DNA of 21,912 nucleotides from Tubiluchus corallicola (lineage: Eukaryota > Animalia > Priapulida): contig JAQGDQ010001896.1 in NCBI GenBank assembly GCA_030141605.1, positions 1 to 21,912 on the forward strand. Direction: 5' to 3'. The notes beneath the pieces were generated by a model. The model worked only from the letters and a program-made list of their open reading frames with translations, searched no databases and was not told the DNA's origin. The position numbers were made by a program, and so were the translations under genes. Positions 21,154-21,912 of the stretch are shown here, in pieces. Positions within the stretch are counted from its first letter, which is position 1. Each line of letters begins with the position of its first letter.

Positions 21154-21912
21154 TACTCTGACATTGTATAGGTGGAACTTGTTATGTACACACGTCTCTG
21201 TTACATTTGAAATTTGACTTATAATTATACTGCTACCTTTTACTGACATTCTGGCTTTTTCTTGACTCAATATTGGACCAACAATCTATGTATACATTTT
21301 AGCTTTTTAGTGTAATGTAGTAATCTGTAGCACTTATTTTTCTAGCGCTTATTTCAGTAGTTTTGTAGAGGTAGTAATTGAGACTAGAGAAAATTTGTAT
21401 TTTTTGCAGAATAAACTAACATAGATATGGGAATGCAACTTTGGTTTGAGCGTATGCATTAGGTTTTAGTGAATTCAATTCTTTGTTTCTCGTCATATAT
21501 TGACATATGATATATATATATATACCCTTGTATTGATAGCTATATAATCAGGGATGAGAATGACAAATTGCAAAAAACTCTGAAACAGGCTGTAGGCAGC
21601 AACGAATTGCAATTTTATGACCATAAGGAGCCTCTAAGTGGACTTAAAATATCAATTACCTTGTTTCATGCATAATTTAAAATACCCAACTATCAAGGAT
21701 ACATGATACCTAATTGCCTCAAAAACGCCTAAGTACTGGCCGCTCCTATGCAAAAGTTTATAAAAACTGTCTGCAATTGACTCAAATAACTCTGCACAAT
21801 TGATTCTATATTTTATACATAGAGATATACAAGTGGTTACACTGATGTACGTGATGTAAACAAAGTAGTGGCCTGCCACCTAGCGGTCAGCTTGTGAAAT
21901 AATGTACTGGGT

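Noticed and set aside
21237-21879. Candidate further upstream exons of gene X (about 21285-21237, and the ORF ending at donor-like AAG|GTAATT near 21660)
   Set aside because: Phase-1 donors are possible, but the acceptors are weak and the peptides unrecognisable; they cannot be supported without transcripts.

Overview
AT-rich, repeat-dense eukaryotic (invertebrate-like animal) genomic DNA, not prokaryotic. Two genes are confidently recognisable and converge: a two-exon Di-Ras (DIRAS) small GTPase on + (8717-8857, 9702-10160; 199 aa) and an intronless pelota (PELO/Dom34) on - (18366-17212; 384 aa). The main finding is not in the ORF track. Two spliced, phase-compatible minus-strand exons (20833-20728 and 18579-18381) encode the Lys/Arg/His/Ser-rich C-terminus of an unidentified upstream protein, and its TAG stop lies only 14 nt before the pelota ATG in the same exon. 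This suggests a bicistronic mRNA with the ribosome-rescue factor as second cistron. The rest consists of tandem repeats (57, 36, 43, 30 with higher-order structure, and 70 bp units), compound microsatellites, several MITEs (hAT-like and pogo/Tigger-like), two LINE 3' fragments, a solo LTR, a tRNA-derived SINE head, and an inverted pair of an unclassified dispersed repeat. All alignments were done by eye; no database searches were run.
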